In this document: positions 46,249-57,258 of the stretch, one piece after another
Layout of the letters: each line of letters opens with the position of its first letter
How positions within the stretch are numbered: position 1 is the stretch's first letter
Source of the DNA: a virus
Lineage: Duplodnaviria; Caudoviricetes
DNA: 64,000 nucleotides
IMG/VR virus record: IMGVR_UViG_3300029305_003259
Span: 1-64,000 of that record
Direction: 5' to 3' (one strand)
Program-made: the position numbers and the translations under genes
The notes under the pieces: model-generated
Told to the model about the DNA's origin: nothing
The model's input: the letters and a program-made list of their open reading frames with translations, nothing else
The model's database searches: none

Positions 46249-49200
46249 GCTTACAAGTATTAACTCAAGGTGGTGCTGGCGGAGCTTCTGCTAGTATCCA
46301 AGTTAATGGTCTAAGTGAAACTGATAGTGTTAAAGCTGTTCAGAAGATTAAGAATGTTATTGAGAATCCTGATTATAAGGAATATAGAGTATTAAAAGGT
46401 CAATTGGCTCTTGGAGATGTAGCAGTTGGCGAGACTGTCAGACTGAATGTCAGTGGAGTAGCAACGGAATTCATAGTAGTTAATCAAGGTAAACCTTCTG
46501 ATCTATATGATGATAGTTGTGATGGTACATGGTTGTTGATGAAGGGTATTGAACAAGGTAGTACCTGGAACAACTCTAACTATAGTGGCAATAGCTATGG
46601 TTCATCTGCAGTCCACAGATACCTTAATAGCACCTTTTTAGGTACGTTGGATGCTGGCATACAGTCTGTTGTCATCCAAGCAAAGATTCCATACGTCAAT
46701 GGGACAGGTTCTGGTGGCTCTGTAGCATCTGGTTCTAATGGTTTGTCTGCAAAAGTTTTCTTACTTTCTGGTTACGAGGTGGGTTTCACTACAAGTGATG
46801 ACTCTCGTTTTCCAATTGATGGTTCAAAGTTGAGTTACTTCTTGTCAGGCTCAGGCACTTCCGCTAATAATAAGCGTATAGCTTATCTGAACGGAAATGA
46901 CGATTATAGTTGGTGGTTACGTTCTCCATATACCGCAGGAACAGAAATGGTTTTCTTGGTAAACGATCAAGGTATGAAAGGTCAATCACTACCAAGTCCA
47001 AAAAGAAATCGTCCAGCAATGATTCTCCCGACCAATCTTTCCGTCAAAGACGGATTCATTGACGGTACTGAGGTACAACAAGGAAAATTACTTAGCTCTG
47101 CATCCGTTGGAGACATTGTTAAGATGAATGTTGGCGGTACTCCTACGGAATTTATTGTGGTGCAACAAGGTAACCCTGATTCGTCTTTGTATGATGAAAG
47201 CTGCGATGGAGCTTGGCTGTTGATGAAAGATATTCACAATACTGCTATGTACACCACAATTGGTAACGCATCTTATAATTTTGCAATGATACAAAATTCG
47301 TTGAGTATATTCTTAGGAAAATTAGATGAGAATGTATTGAATGCAGTAAAGACAGTAAAAATACCATATTTAGAGATAGAGGGAGCCAAGAATGATATTA
47401 AGAGAACCCTATTCTCTGGAACGGAAGGTCTATCAACTAAAGCGTTCCTATTATCTGTCTATGAGGTAGATCCTAGTAGGACAGGTTCTCCTAAAGATGG
47501 TACATGCTTAGACTATTTTAAGTCTGCTAGCACGAGTGATCGTATCGCTTCTTTCGAAGGTACAACGACTGCCTGGTGGACTCGTACAGGATGGGGGACT
47601 TACGCTGATACTCAATCATATCTAGTTGGCGATAATGGCAGCACATCGACAACAAGCGTTAAGACATATTGCGGTGTTCGTCCCGCTATAATTCTTCCTG
47701 GTGATACAATAATAACCGACGATTTCATTGGTGGTTCAATATCAGAGCCTAGCAGTGTAGAAACTTATACTCCTCTAGAGTATATCGAGAGTACCGGTAC
47801 ACAGTATATTGATACAGGATATCTCCCTCAGCAGCATGACGAAGTCTCAGCAAAATTCGAAATGACCGAGATATTAGAATATAACAGATTAATTGGAGCT
47901 GCTACTGGTAGTAGCGGTGCAGCCTACTACGGATGCAATCCAATTACTCAATTAAATGGGTACTTCGATATAGGTTATTATAACTGGTATAGACCTAACT
48001 CCATTCCATGTGAAAAAGATACTATTTACGATTATTACGCATCTCTTAGCGATGGAAGTCAGGAATATACTATCAATGATGCAAATATGAGTGGAGACTT
48101 GACTGGGTTCGTAGAGATACCTTGTTCTTACTTTGTGTTCTCGGTGAACCATGATGGTAGTCCTGAATGGGGTAGCTCTGAATCTAGTTGTTGTCCTGCA
48201 AAATTGTATGGTTTGTCAATCAGCAATAATTCGGTATTGATTCGAAACTTTGTCCCAGCTAAGCGTAATTCAGATGGAGTTCTAGGCCTATTTGATACTG
48301 TAAATTCTGTCTTTTATACCAACGCAGGTACTGGTGACTTTGTTGCTGGCCCCGAGGTTTCTCAGTATATTGAGGCGGTTGTCGATGGTAGAACTGTGAA
48401 TGGTAGATGGGTCGATATGATTAATCCTGAGTATGTTGAGCTACCTGTTACTGAGAATGAGGCAATTGATGGATATACCAGACTTGAGTACATCGAAAGC
48501 AGTGGCACGCAGTACATTGATACCGGGTTCACCCCTTCCAGCGCAAGAAGTTTTAAGTTCTCTTTTGATGCGGCGTTCTTGAGTGAGACTAATGCTATTT
48601 ACGGAACGGGTCGCTCTTATGCGGGATTCTATAGTAGCCCCTCAATAGCACAATTTGCTCTATATCAGACTATAGTACAAATATCATCCGTATCATATGA
48701 TACTAATAAACATCACTTTGTTCTCGATGGTGTAAATTTAACTGCTACAATTGATGATAATTCTGCGTCTATACCTTATTCGTCTGGTTCACCTTCAGAT
48801 TATACATGGGTACTTTTTGGATACTCTCACGCAAGTTTTAATGCAAGTAGGCTGTGGGGCGCACAGATTGAAGAAAACGGAGTGCTGGTACGCAACTTTA
48901 TCCCCGCAAGGCGGGATTCCGATTCCGTGGTTGGCCTGTATGACCTTGTGAACGGCGTGTTCTACACCAATGCCGGAAGCGGCGAATTTGTAGCAGGAGA
49001 AGAATTGTCTCAATTTACTAAGGAATATATTCAGTTAGAGTACATTGAGAGTACTGGCACACAGTATATTGATACTGGTTATAAGCCCAACACAAATACA
49101 AAGCTTGAAATTGGAGCATCTACTACCGATACTACAAACGATAAGCCTCTATTTGGTGTACGTAAATCAAATGGCGTAGATGGATTCTTGTGTTGGTTTA

Positions 49201-50357
49201 ACCCACAGGTTGCAGAACAACCCGGTTTTGCAGTAGGTTCTATGTCTAATACTTATACTAGTTATGGTATAGCTACTGGAGTTCGTTATGATGTAACGCT
49301 ATCCAATTCATTATTTACAATGAATGAATTGTCTTATCCTTTTGATGCACAGACTTTCACTTCTAGTTATAATCTTTATCTACTTGCACTTAATAAAGCA
49401 GATGTTCTAGATAATAGATTGTTCTATGGTAGATTGTATTATACTCGTATTTATGAATCTGATGTTTTAGTTCGTGATTATGTTCCAGTTAAGAGGGTAT
49501 CTGATGGCGCAATTGGTCTATACGATAAAGTCAATCAAACATTCTACTCTAACGCAGGCACCGGGAACTTCACAGCTGGTGCAGAGGTTCCTGAATCATT
49601 TAGTTATTTCTTGATTTCCCCAATTAAAGCTTATGGTACTTGGGAAGTAGGGACTACCAGCAGTGTAAGTATTAACAATCAGAATGTTGATATCGATGAG
49701 GCTACCATCTTTAATCTAGACTTTGTAAAACTAGTTAGATTCACTACTGACTTTACAGCAAAAGGTGATGATTGGATTGAGGAGGGTGGCACATTCACTT
49801 TCAATCCGGCAACCGCAGCCTATCCCGGATTGTATCAAGCGGAAGGCAGTACACAATTCGGCACACTTACAACCTATGATAGTACGGAATGGAAAGCAAA
49901 ACGGTTAATAATTCCGTTAGGCGGTTCTCTTGAAACTTTCCACGCAGAAACGGAATGTTTCTGGGTATCATCCGATGCAAACAGAATGGGTCGCTTGATG
50001 CTATGTTTCCAAGACGAGGATGGAAACTTTTTGTTCCACATCATTATTAATGATGGTTGGGGTCGTTCCAATAGCATAAGCATCGCCTATTTCAACGCAT
50101 TGAACTCTAATCTGTTGAAATTCGTAGATGCCGTATCTGTCAGCCCGTATAACAATGTTCCGTTGCGCTTTACGCTGGATTATGACGGCAACAAGATGAA
50201 CATTGGATTTTCTTATAACGGCGGGGGATTTTCCTATAAATCGGAAACCTATGCTTTCCCTGCGATTGCAAATGCGGTGGTATATTTCGCCTACTATCCG
50301 ACATCTAACCCGACCCCGCTGATGAATATTCGTTCACTAACAGTAGAACAAGCATAA
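46245..50357 (+). CDS. large adhesin/receptor-binding protein: two DUF6273-like domains and three lectin-like repeats
   Basis: K.FLLS.YE...WW.R...RPA x2; LEYIES[TS]GTQYIDTG...FY.NAG.G.F.AG x3. Confidence 0.8.
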   Translation: MSLQVLTQGGAGGASASIQVNGLSETDSVKAVQKIKNVIENPDYKEYRVLKGQLALGDVAVGETVRLNVSGVATEFIVVNQGKPSDLYDDSCDGTWLLMKGIEQGSTWNNSNYSGNSYGSSAVHRYLNSTFLGTLDAGIQSVVIQAKIPYVNGTGSGGSVASGSNGLSAKVFLLSGYEVGFTTSDDSRFPIDGSKLSYFLSGSGTSANNKRIAYLNGNDDYSWWLRSPYTAGTEMVFLVNDQGMKGQSLPSPKRNRPAMILPTNLSVKDGFIDGTEVQQGKLLSSASVGDIVKMNVGGTPTEFIVVQQGNPDSSLYDESCDGAWLLMKDIHNTAMYTTIGNASYNFAMIQNSLSIFLGKLDENVLNAVKTVKIPYLEIEGAKNDIKRTLFSGTEGLSTKAFLLSVYEVDPSRTGSPKDGTCLDYFKSASTSDRIASFEGTTTAWWTRTGWGTYADTQSYLVGDNGSTSTTSVKTYCGVRPAIILPGDTIITDDFIGGSISEPSSVETYTPLEYIESTGTQYIDTGYLPQQHDEVSAKFEMTEILEYNRLIGAATGSSGAAYYGCNPITQLNGYFDIGYYNWYRPNSIPCEKDTIYDYYASLSDGSQEYTINDANMSGDLTGFVEIPCSYFVFSVNHDGSPEWGSSESSCCPAKLYGLSISNNSVLIRNFVPAKRNSDGVLGLFDTVNSVFYTNAGTGDFVAGPEVSQYIEAVVDGRTVNGRWVDMINPEYVELPVTENEAIDGYTRLEYIESSGTQYIDTGFTPSSARSFKFSFDAAFLSETNAIYGTGRSYAGFYSSPSIAQFALYQTIVQISSVSYDTNKHHFVLDGVNLTATIDDNSASIPYSSGSPSDYTWVLFGYSHASFNASRLWGAQIEENGVLVRNFIPARRDSDSVVGLYDLVNGVFYTNAGSGEFVAGEELSQFTKEYIQLEYIESTGTQYIDTGYKPNTNTKLEIGASTTDTTNDKPLFGVRKSNGVDGFLCWFNPQVAEQPGFAVGSMSNTYTSYGIATGVRYDVTLSNSLFTMNELSYPFDAQTFTSSYNLYLLALNKADVLDNRLFYGRLYYTRIYESDVLVRDYVPVKRVSDGAIGLYDKVNQTFYSNAGTGNFTAGAEVPESFSYFLISPIKAYGTWEVGTTSSVSINNQNVDIDEATIFNLDFVKLVRFTTDFTAKGDDWIEEGGTFTFNPATAAYPGLYQAEGSTQFGTLTTYDSTEWKAKRLIIPLGGSLETFHAETECFWVSSDANRMGRLMLCFQDEDGNFLFHIIINDGWGRSNSISIAYFNALNSNLLKFVDAVSVSPYNNVPLRFTLDYDGNKMNIGFSYNGGGFSYKSETYAFPAIANAVVYFAYYPTSNPTPLMNIRSLTVEQA

Positions 50358-50370
50358 AGGAGGTCATCAA

Positions 50371-51354
50371 ATGTCTATTTCAATTTTAAACAGAGGCGCA
50401 TCTGGTGGCCTTAAACCAGAATTAATTATTACCGCTCCTGCAGGAAGCACTATTGACCTCCTGCAGGGTGGCATTATTATTGACACTTATACGTTAGGAT
50501 TAAGCGAGACTACTCATGTGTTTGTGGTAAAAATGGGTAGTTATACAGTAACTGGTACCCTTGGTGCGAATGTAGTAGATTATGATATTATTGTCGATTC
50601 TGTAAAACAGTATGAAATGGAAGTAGTGCCTTCTGCAAATTATATCATGCTCTATGACCATGGAGATGAATGTACTGATGTAACAGGTGGTTGGGTTGCA
50701 GAGGGTAAAACTTCCGCAGATAACTATAATCAGCAAGCAGGATTCTTAACAGCAAACAGTTTTAATATGGGAGAGTATAGTAGAGTTGGACTATTAGGGC
50801 TATTAAGCGCCTCGAATACTTCATATACAGGATATTTTGGGTTAGCCGAAAGCCAAACTCTTAAGACAGGTGTAACTTCTTTTAGACTTAAATTTGGGAG
50901 TTCTAAGACATTTTGTTCTGCAGCATTAGCTGTCGATGGAGATAAATATGCAACAGTTCATATTGCGTGGTCAAGCGATTCTTCCTTTACTTTCGTTAAT
51001 ACAAAAAATAGTGATCATCTGTATGTAAACAGTTATCGTAGCACGAGCCGTTATAGTCGCGCTTCTTACTATGCCGTTGCGCTTTTTAAGCCAGATGACT
51101 GGCAGACGCTTTGTGCAAAAGCAGGTGTTTCTGCACCGTCTACCTTGGATGAATTGACGGCTGATACAACTGCACTGACAACTATTCTGTCCAATAAATC
51201 TGCGGTTGATTTCATGGCGAAACGATGCACTGGTGACTTCATGTGTGCGGCAGTCAGTACAGAAGCATTTTTGACAGCTCTTGAGGCATCAGTATATAAA
51301 GAATTTGTTTATGCTAATGAACATTGGGCAAAATTCTTGGCTATGGTGGGATAA
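50371..51354 (+). CDS. fibre-associated protein
   Basis: N-terminus like that of 46245; LY..GDECTDVTGGW. Confidence 0.6.
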   Translation: MSISILNRGASGGLKPELIITAPAGSTIDLLQGGIIIDTYTLGLSETTHVFVVKMGSYTVTGTLGANVVDYDIIVDSVKQYEMEVVPSANYIMLYDHGDECTDVTGGWVAEGKTSADNYNQQAGFLTANSFNMGEYSRVGLLGLLSASNTSYTGYFGLAESQTLKTGVTSFRLKFGSSKTFCSAALAVDGDKYATVHIAWSSDSSFTFVNTKNSDHLYVNSYRSTSRYSRASYYAVALFKPDDWQTLCAKAGVSAPSTLDELTADTTALTTILSNKSAVDFMAKRCTGDFMCAAVSTEAFLTALEASVYKEFVYANEHWAKFLAMVG

Positions 51355-51484
51355 GCTAACATATTAATGCTACATGTAGTGTAGAATTGCCTGTACAAAA
51401 GTATATAACATTAAAGTCAAATTTATTTATTATATAAATAGATTATCTCAAGTAGCTTAACATTAACGCCACTATAACAATCAA

Positions 51485-51511
51485 AGGAGCGGCTTAGTCC
51501 GCTCCTATTTT
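51485..51511 (+). terminator. intrinsic terminator
   Basis: AGGAGCGG/CCGCTCCT + ATTTT. Confidence 0.7.
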
Positions 51512-51537
51512 AAAATTTTAATAAGGAGGTAAGTAAC

Positions 51538-51822
51538 ATGATTATAAATCCTTCCTATGGCAATGGCAACGGAGACTCTTATGAAAAAGAAGAAGTTTTA
51601 TCAAATGATACAAAGGCACTGTTTGGACTAAGCGAAGAAGCTACGCCAGACGATGTTTTTAAAGCGATAGCCTCTGAAGAAAATTTTTCATGTGGATTTA
51701 TTGCTCAGGAAAGTGAACCGAGTAATACCAACTTGTTATGGATCGATACTACTGCCGAAACAGGTGGCTTAAAATATTACAATGGAAGTGCCTGGGTTCA
51801 TGTCCCTGTTGCTTATACTTAA
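51538..51822 (+). CDS. small fibre-type adaptor
   Basis: EPSNTNLLWIDT...LKYYNGSAW. Confidence 0.65.
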   Translation: MIINPSYGNGNGDSYEKEEVLSNDTKALFGLSEEATPDDVFKAIASEENFSCGFIAQESEPSNTNLLWIDTTAETGGLKYYNGSAWVHVPVAYT

Positions 51823-51847
51823 TTTTTTGGGAAAAAGGTGAAAATAA

Positions 51848-53482
51848 ATGGATAAAAGGATTAAAATAACCGAAGGATTACGAGATTATGTTGAAAGACT
51901 AAATTTCGAGGCAATCAGATATAGAGATTTACTTCACTCTGTTAGAAGAGATTCTTCTCCTATGACAGATGATGAATGGCAAAGTTCGCTCGATTATTAT
52001 AGGGAACTGAATGCTGAGGCGCAGTATTGCCTTAAAGTTGCCATGGATGAAATTTATGATATGTATAAAGATGAAATAAAAGATTCCCCTTGGCATATTA
52101 ATTTCTCTGATTGTGATCTCGTAATTGGGAGCACCTCGAGTGAGCCAATAATGATTAAAGAAGAAACTTATAACGACAAATTAAGAAGACTTTATCCGCC
52201 TGAAAAAAATGTGCCGCTTGCTATTAATGGTACATATACCAAGGACATCACATTGCAGGTTACAGACGCATGTAATATGGCTTGTACATACTGCTACCAA
52301 CATAATAAGGGAACGCACTCTATGACTTTTGATGTTGCAAAGAAGTTTATCGATATGATTTTGGATGCCGATGAACGAACAAACACATATATCACTTCTA
52401 CGAAGTGCGATGGTGCAATTATTAATTTCATAGGCGGTGAACCTTGGCTGGAAATTGATTTAATCTCCAAGGTCAGTGATTATTTTATTGGCGAAGTATT
52501 TAGACGCAAGCATCCTTGGGCTATAAAGTTTGTATTTAGTGTATGCTCAAATGGCCTCCTACATTTTGATTCAAAAGTTCAAGAGTATATGAAAAAGCAT
52601 ATTGATCATTTTGGATATAACATTTCTATCGATGGCAACAAGGCTTTACATGATTCGTGCAGAATTGATTTGACTGGCAATGGCACATATGATAGAGCCA
52701 TTGCTGGTGTTAAGGACTTTAAAGAAAATTTTGGCGGAAATATGGGCAGCAAAATGACCATTGCACCTGGTAATATTGATAAAGTATTTGATGCGGTATC
52801 TTTTATGATAGGAGATAGCGGATATAGAAATATTAATCTAAACTGTGTTTATGAGGAAGGTTGGACACTAGAGCATGCCAATACTCTTTATTGGCAATTG
52901 CATAAATTGACTGACTGGTTATATGATAATAATCTTTTACATACGACCAGATTATCCATGTTCACAGAAATGTGTGGCAAGCCTATTCCAGAAGACAATG
53001 ACAGTAATTGGTGTGGAGGAGTAGGCCTCATGTTAGCTGTTGATTATAAGGGAGATATTTTCCCATGTCTTCGTTATATGGAATCTTCTGTTGATAATAA
53101 AGTTCCTGCTTATGTTATAGGGAATATTCATTCAGGTATTAATATTGAGAAAGAACATTGTGATCGTGTAAATTGCCTCGGATGTATCACAAGAAAGTCT
53201 CAGTCAACAGATGAATGTATTAATTGTCCGATTGCAATGGGTTGTGGTTGGTGTAGTGCATATAATTACGAAGTATTTGGCACGCCAAATAAAAGAGCGA
53301 CCTATATTTGTTGCATGCATAAAGCAAGAGTTCTTGCGAATGTTTATTATTGGAGACTTAGAGGCATAGATTATCCTATGAATTGCCCAAAAGAATGGGC
53401 AATTGAAATAATAGGAGAAGAAGAATATGAAAAATTGAATTCTATGAAAGTGGGTGAAAGAAATGGGGTTAGTATCTGCTGA
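51848..53482 (+). CDS. radical SAM/SPASM peptide maturase, CXXX-repeat target type
   Basis: [22 protein letters not shown]; SPASM Cys CGGVG..PC..C..CINC..GCGWC..C; adjacent CXXX-repeat ORF. Confidence 0.9.
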   Translation: MDKRIKITEGLRDYVERLNFEAIRYRDLLHSVRRDSSPMTDDEWQSSLDYYRELNAEAQYCLKVAMDEIYDMYKDEIKDSPWHINFSDCDLVIGSTSSEPIMIKEETYNDKLRRLYPPEKNVPLAINGTYTKDITLQVTDACNMACTYCYQHNKGTHSMTFDVAKKFIDMILDADERTNTYITSTKCDGAIINFIGGEPWLEIDLISKVSDYFIGEVFRRKHPWAIKFVFSVCSNGLLHFDSKVQEYMKKHIDHFGYNISIDGNKALHDSCRIDLTGNGTYDRAIAGVKDFKENFGGNMGSKMTIAPGNIDKVFDAVSFMIGDSGYRNINLNCVYEEGWTLEHANTLYWQLHKLTDWLYDNNLLHTTRLSMFTEMCGKPIPEDNDSNWCGGVGLMLAVDYKGDIFPCLRYMESSVDNKVPAYVIGNIHSGINIEKEHCDRVNCLGCITRKSQSTDECINCPIAMGCGWCSAYNYEVFGTPNKRATYICCMHKARVLANVYYWRLRGIDYPMNCPKEWAIEIIGEEEYEKLNSMKVGERNGVSIC

Positions 53483-54062
53483 TAGATTTAATGAACTTAA
53501 AGCTAGAGTTAAGGCTGAATGTGCTAGAAGAGCTTATGCAGATAGCGTTGCTTCTTATGGTGGCACAGATTATGACTATACTACTACACCTGCGTCTGGC
53601 ACATTAATTAAGCAAGAACATAGAGACAAAATAGCTATTCCCCTTAATGCCATAAGTGAGGATATGATTCCAATTGCTTCAGGACTTCCTGTTGTATTAG
53701 ATGAGGATTTATTATCAATGGAAGCCTTTATTACGGTGTTAGAACAAAGAAGTCCAACAGATAGCGAAGGAACAGACTGTTCAGGCGGATGTGCAGGAAT
53801 GTGTTATGGATGCCAGGGGACTTGTTATAATAATTGTTCTGGTTGTGGTAATAGTTGTAGTAATAATTGCTCTGGTGGTTGTAAAGGCGGCTGCACTAGT
53901 GATTGCGGTGGTTGCGGAGGAAGTTGCGATGCCTCTTGTGAAGGAGGATGTTTATATAGTTGTTATGACATTTGTTCCGGTTGTGGAGGCGCTTGCTCCA
54001 ACGATTGTAAGGGAAGCTGCGCTGGATGCGGCGCTACGTGTGCCTCTAGCTCAACACAATAA
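53463..54062 (+). CDS. Cys-rich CXXX-repeat protein, probable rSAM substrate
   Basis: 24 Cys at CX3/CX2 spacing in the C-terminal half; overlaps rSAM stop. Confidence 0.85.
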   Translation: MGLVSADRFNELKARVKAECARRAYADSVASYGGTDYDYTTTPASGTLIKQEHRDKIAIPLNAISEDMIPIASGLPVVLDEDLLSMEAFITVLEQRSPTDSEGTDCSGGCAGMCYGCQGTCYNNCSGCGNSCSNNCSGGCKGGCTSDCGGCGGSCDASCEGGCLYSCYDICSGCGGACSNDCKGSCAGCGATCASSSTQ

Positions 54063-54084
54063 TATGTAGATATTGGAGGCATAT

Positions 54085-54636
54085 ATGAACGAGTTATATC
54101 ATGCAAAATATTTTTTATGTTTAGCAGATGCAAAGGTAAATGAATCCGTAAGGCTTAACTTTTCTTCATGTATTGATTATTCGAATTTGGTTGCATGTAA
54201 TAATATTTTTTCATTAATAATATCGACTGTTGTTGATGGTATTAAAATCGGTATTTACACTGAAAATTCAGCCAAACTAGCCATAGAGGAAGAATTTTCA
54301 AAATTAGGTTTAGAAATAATATGCGGCAATTATTCGCAATTTAAACATTTTATTAATTTAGTCGTAAATTCGTGTGCTATATCTAATTTTAATGTTCAAG
54401 ATTTTATCGGAATGTATAAATCATTTATTGAAATTGCTGACAATATGGACATGTGTTATAAGATTGACATTTATTATGCAATTTTAAATTCTATTGTTAA
54501 TTTTTCTCATATACTTGTTGATATTGAATTAACTGAAAAACTAGTAAATTATATTGAATCATTGGATGATGTTAAAATTGGCTCTTTTTCAAAAATAGTA
54601 TTATCATCATTAGATTATATAAGAAAAAATAGTTAA
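54085..54636 (+). CDS. AT-rich hypothetical protein
   Basis: GGAGG RBS; follows the CXXX gene. Confidence 0.65.
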   Translation: MNELYHAKYFLCLADAKVNESVRLNFSSCIDYSNLVACNNIFSLIISTVVDGIKIGIYTENSAKLAIEEEFSKLGLEIICGNYSQFKHFINLVVNSCAISNFNVQDFIGMYKSFIEIADNMDMCYKIDIYYAILNSIVNFSHILVDIELTEKLVNYIESLDDVKIGSFSKIVLSSLDYIRKNS

Positions 54637-54692
54637 CTTATGAAATTTTAATTTAAGACAATGCATTTAATAAATTAAGTTCGGTGATAAAA

Positions 54693-55010
54693 ATGAAAAA
54701 GAAGAAAATTAATAAAAAAAATGTAAATCCTTTTAATTTTATAAAAACTTTTTCAAAAGTCATAACTGCTGTATGGGTTGTAATATGGGTTGAAGTGATT
54801 ATCTTCTCACAGATTGCCACAATTTTTTCTCTAGGAGATGCTACTTCAATTCAGGTCATTAATGATAATGCCAAGGAAATTGGTCTAGTTATAACTGGCG
54901 CATATTTCGGTACTAAATGTTTTGAAAATTTGGCCAAAGGCTATGAAGAGCATCAATTGCGCATCCTTGGTATTGATAGAGCAGATTATGAGGAAATGGA
55001 AGAAGAATAA
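54693..55010 (+). CDS. holin-like membrane protein
   Basis: two hydrophobic helices directly before the endolysin. Confidence 0.6.
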   Translation: MKKKKINKKNVNPFNFIKTFSKVITAVWVVIWVEVIIFSQIATIFSLGDATSIQVINDNAKEIGLVITGAYFGTKCFENLAKGYEEHQLRILGIDRADYEEMEEE

Positions 55011-55021
55011 GGAGGTTCAAT

Positions 55022-55771
55022 ATGAATGAGAAGCAATTAAGAGACAAGCTGGTAAAGAAGGCGGTTTCTTACTTGGGCACTAAGGCAGGCAGTGCTAGAC
55101 ATAAGAATATTGTTGATACTTATAATAAAATTGTCCCACTGCCAGCTGGCTATAAGGTAAAATATACAGATCCTTGGTGCGCCACATTCGTATCATTTTG
55201 TGCTTCTGTTTGTGATATGTTAGATATCATTCCAGCAGAATGTGGATGCTCCAGACAAATTGAGCTATGGCAAAAATTGGGCAGATGGCAAGAAAGGGAT
55301 TCCTATGTGCCTCAAACTGGCGACATTATATATTTCGACTGGGACGATTCTGGTAAGGGCGACAACACTGGTTGGTCTGACCATGTAGGAATTGTTGTAT
55401 CTGTATCTGGTGGAAAAATTAAGACTATTGAGGGAAACAAAAGTAATGCAGTAGGATATAGAACTATTGCGGTTGATGGCAAATATATTCGAGGATATGG
55501 TTTGCCAGACTTTGCCTCAAAGTCAACAGAAGACACTAAGATGGACACATGCAATGTTGAATTAAATGTTCTCGCAAAAGGATGTAAGGGCGACAGCGTA
55601 AAGGCCTTGCAGATTTTGCTCAAAGGCTATGGATATTCTATTGGTAGTAGCGGCGTAGATGGAAGTTTTGGGCCTTCTACTTTGTCTGCTGTAAAGAAAT
55701 ATCAAAAAGATAAGGGATTATCTGTTGATGGGTCTGTTGGCCCAGCCACATGGAAATCATTACTTGGATAA
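55022..55771 (+). CDS. endolysin: CHAP + peptidoglycan-binding domain
   Basis: WCATFVS, HVGIV, IEGN; VK.LQ..L...DG.FG..T. Confidence 0.9.
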   Translation: MNEKQLRDKLVKKAVSYLGTKAGSARHKNIVDTYNKIVPLPAGYKVKYTDPWCATFVSFCASVCDMLDIIPAECGCSRQIELWQKLGRWQERDSYVPQTGDIIYFDWDDSGKGDNTGWSDHVGIVVSVSGGKIKTIEGNKSNAVGYRTIAVDGKYIRGYGLPDFASKSTEDTKMDTCNVELNVLAKGCKGDSVKALQILLKGYGYSIGSSGVDGSFGPSTLSAVKKYQKDKGLSVDGSVGPATWKSLLG

Positions 55772-55814
55772 TATTGAATGGCGCTAAAATATTTTAAAGA
55801 AAGGGGTGTGGCCA

Positions 55815-56507
55815 ATGGTATATAAAGTTACGGAAGAAACGATTACTGGGATTGCTAATGCGATTCGTGCAAAAACAAATTCAACCGAAGAAATCAAAGT
55901 CCAAGATTTTGCGGAAGAAATTTTAAACATAGAAACTGGCGAAAATACTATTTCTGCGGCACAAAGCGCCAGAGACGCAGAAGCTAGTGCCATTAGTGCC
56001 GCGTCTAGCGCACAGGCTGCTAAAGAAAGTGCTGCCATGATTGTGACAGAGGTTGATATCGCTAAATCATGGGCTACTGGCGACGGCACATTAGAGGGTG
56101 ACGATGCTTATCAAAATAATGCCAAATATTATTCAGAAGTAGCTAAACAACATGCCGATGACGCAGATAGCTATCGTGCTGAAGTTACCGCAAATGCTGA
56201 CGCAGCTAGAATTGCCGCAGAAAATGCAGCTGCAAGTGAATCTGCTGCTGAGCAGTTAAGGGATGAGACCAATCAGAATCTGGATCATGCTATTGAGATG
56301 GTTCAGAATCTTGAAGGTTTTAATTCTGAGGCTTGGGCTGTTGGAACTAGAAATGGCATAGAAGTAACTGATGGCGATCCTACATACCAGAATAATTCAA
56401 AATATTGGGCTGATGTTACACGTGCGACAGCTACAGATTTTCAGGCCAATGTTGGAGCTTTTAATATTTTAGCCACAGCTACCGTAGTAGAAGAGGTGAC
56501 AACATGA
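55815..56507 (+). CDS. Ala-rich fibre/neck-type protein
   Basis: IANAIRAKT, WA.G...YQNN.KY repeats. Confidence 0.65.
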   Translation: MVYKVTEETITGIANAIRAKTNSTEEIKVQDFAEEILNIETGENTISAAQSARDAEASAISAASSAQAAKESAAMIVTEVDIAKSWATGDGTLEGDDAYQNNAKYYSEVAKQHADDADSYRAEVTANADAARIAAENAAASESAAEQLRDETNQNLDHAIEMVQNLEGFNSEAWAVGTRNGIEVTDGDPTYQNNSKYWADVTRATATDFQANVGAFNILATATVVEEVTT

Positions 56508-57037
56508 TTTATGGGAACAAGATAGGTGGATCTCGAGATACAAAGACATATATTATTTCTGTTGTCGACGAAGATCAAAATGAGATTATGCAAGCTACAG
56601 GAGTAGTTGTGGATAAGGAAGAAGTATTTGATGCAAGCTCCGTAGATGTAATGTATGGGCGCAAATTTGCAAGCGAAGAAGGCGTAATGGTTGGAGTTAA
56701 CGACTCCCCTTGTTGCCGTATTGTTAATGGCATTCATGAAGTTGTACCTGGTGTTGAATTCTTGCTCAAAATGGAAGAAAGAGATCAGTGGGATTATACC
56801 ACTTTTACCGCAATGATGTGGCCAAAATTGGATGAAGATAATCCCACTCCTCGTGTAGATAAGGTCGTTGTTGATGATGCGGTCTATGATCCAGATGGCA
56901 ACAAGGTTGCTGACGTGGTTAAAGATCCATCGACAAAAACTATTAGATTTCTTTTGAGTAACGGTGATAGGTTGATGAACAATACACAATTTCCATATTT
57001 ACTCTACTTCTGTGTTTGTAAGGAGGAGTTTGTATGA
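56504..57037 (+). CDS. hypothetical structural protein
   Basis: MIYGNKIGG start; overlaps neighbours. Confidence 0.6.
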   Translation: MIYGNKIGGSRDTKTYIISVVDEDQNEIMQATGVVVDKEEVFDASSVDVMYGRKFASEEGVMVGVNDSPCCRIVNGIHEVVPGVEFLLKMEERDQWDYTTFTAMMWPKLDEDNPTPRVDKVVVDDAVYDPDGNKVADVVKDPSTKTIRFLLSNGDRLMNNTQFPYLLYFCVCKEEFV

Positions 57038-57258
57038 GATATATGTATGCCGTTATAGATAACGTTGGCAAATGTTATCAGGTACATAGAAGTACGAATT
57101 ATGTTTGCAATAAATATTATGTGCCTATTAGAGAAGTTTCAGTCAAATATTTATCGAAATATTATTATCCTATGCCAAATGTAGTAGATAATGACGCAGA
57201 TTTTCTTGGCAAATGGTATAAGGATATTAATCATACAATTGAGGAGGTGGCATTATAA
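57034..57258 (+). CDS. hypothetical protein
   Basis: AGGAG RBS. Confidence 0.6.
   Translation: MRYMYAVIDNVGKCYQVHRSTNYVCNKYYVPIREVSVKYLSKYYYPMPNVVDNDADFLGKWYKDINHTIEEVAL

Noticed and set aside
46245-51354. Diversity-generating retroelement acting on the adhesin
   Set aside because: No reverse transcriptase and no TR/VR pair seen in this window; could lie outside it.
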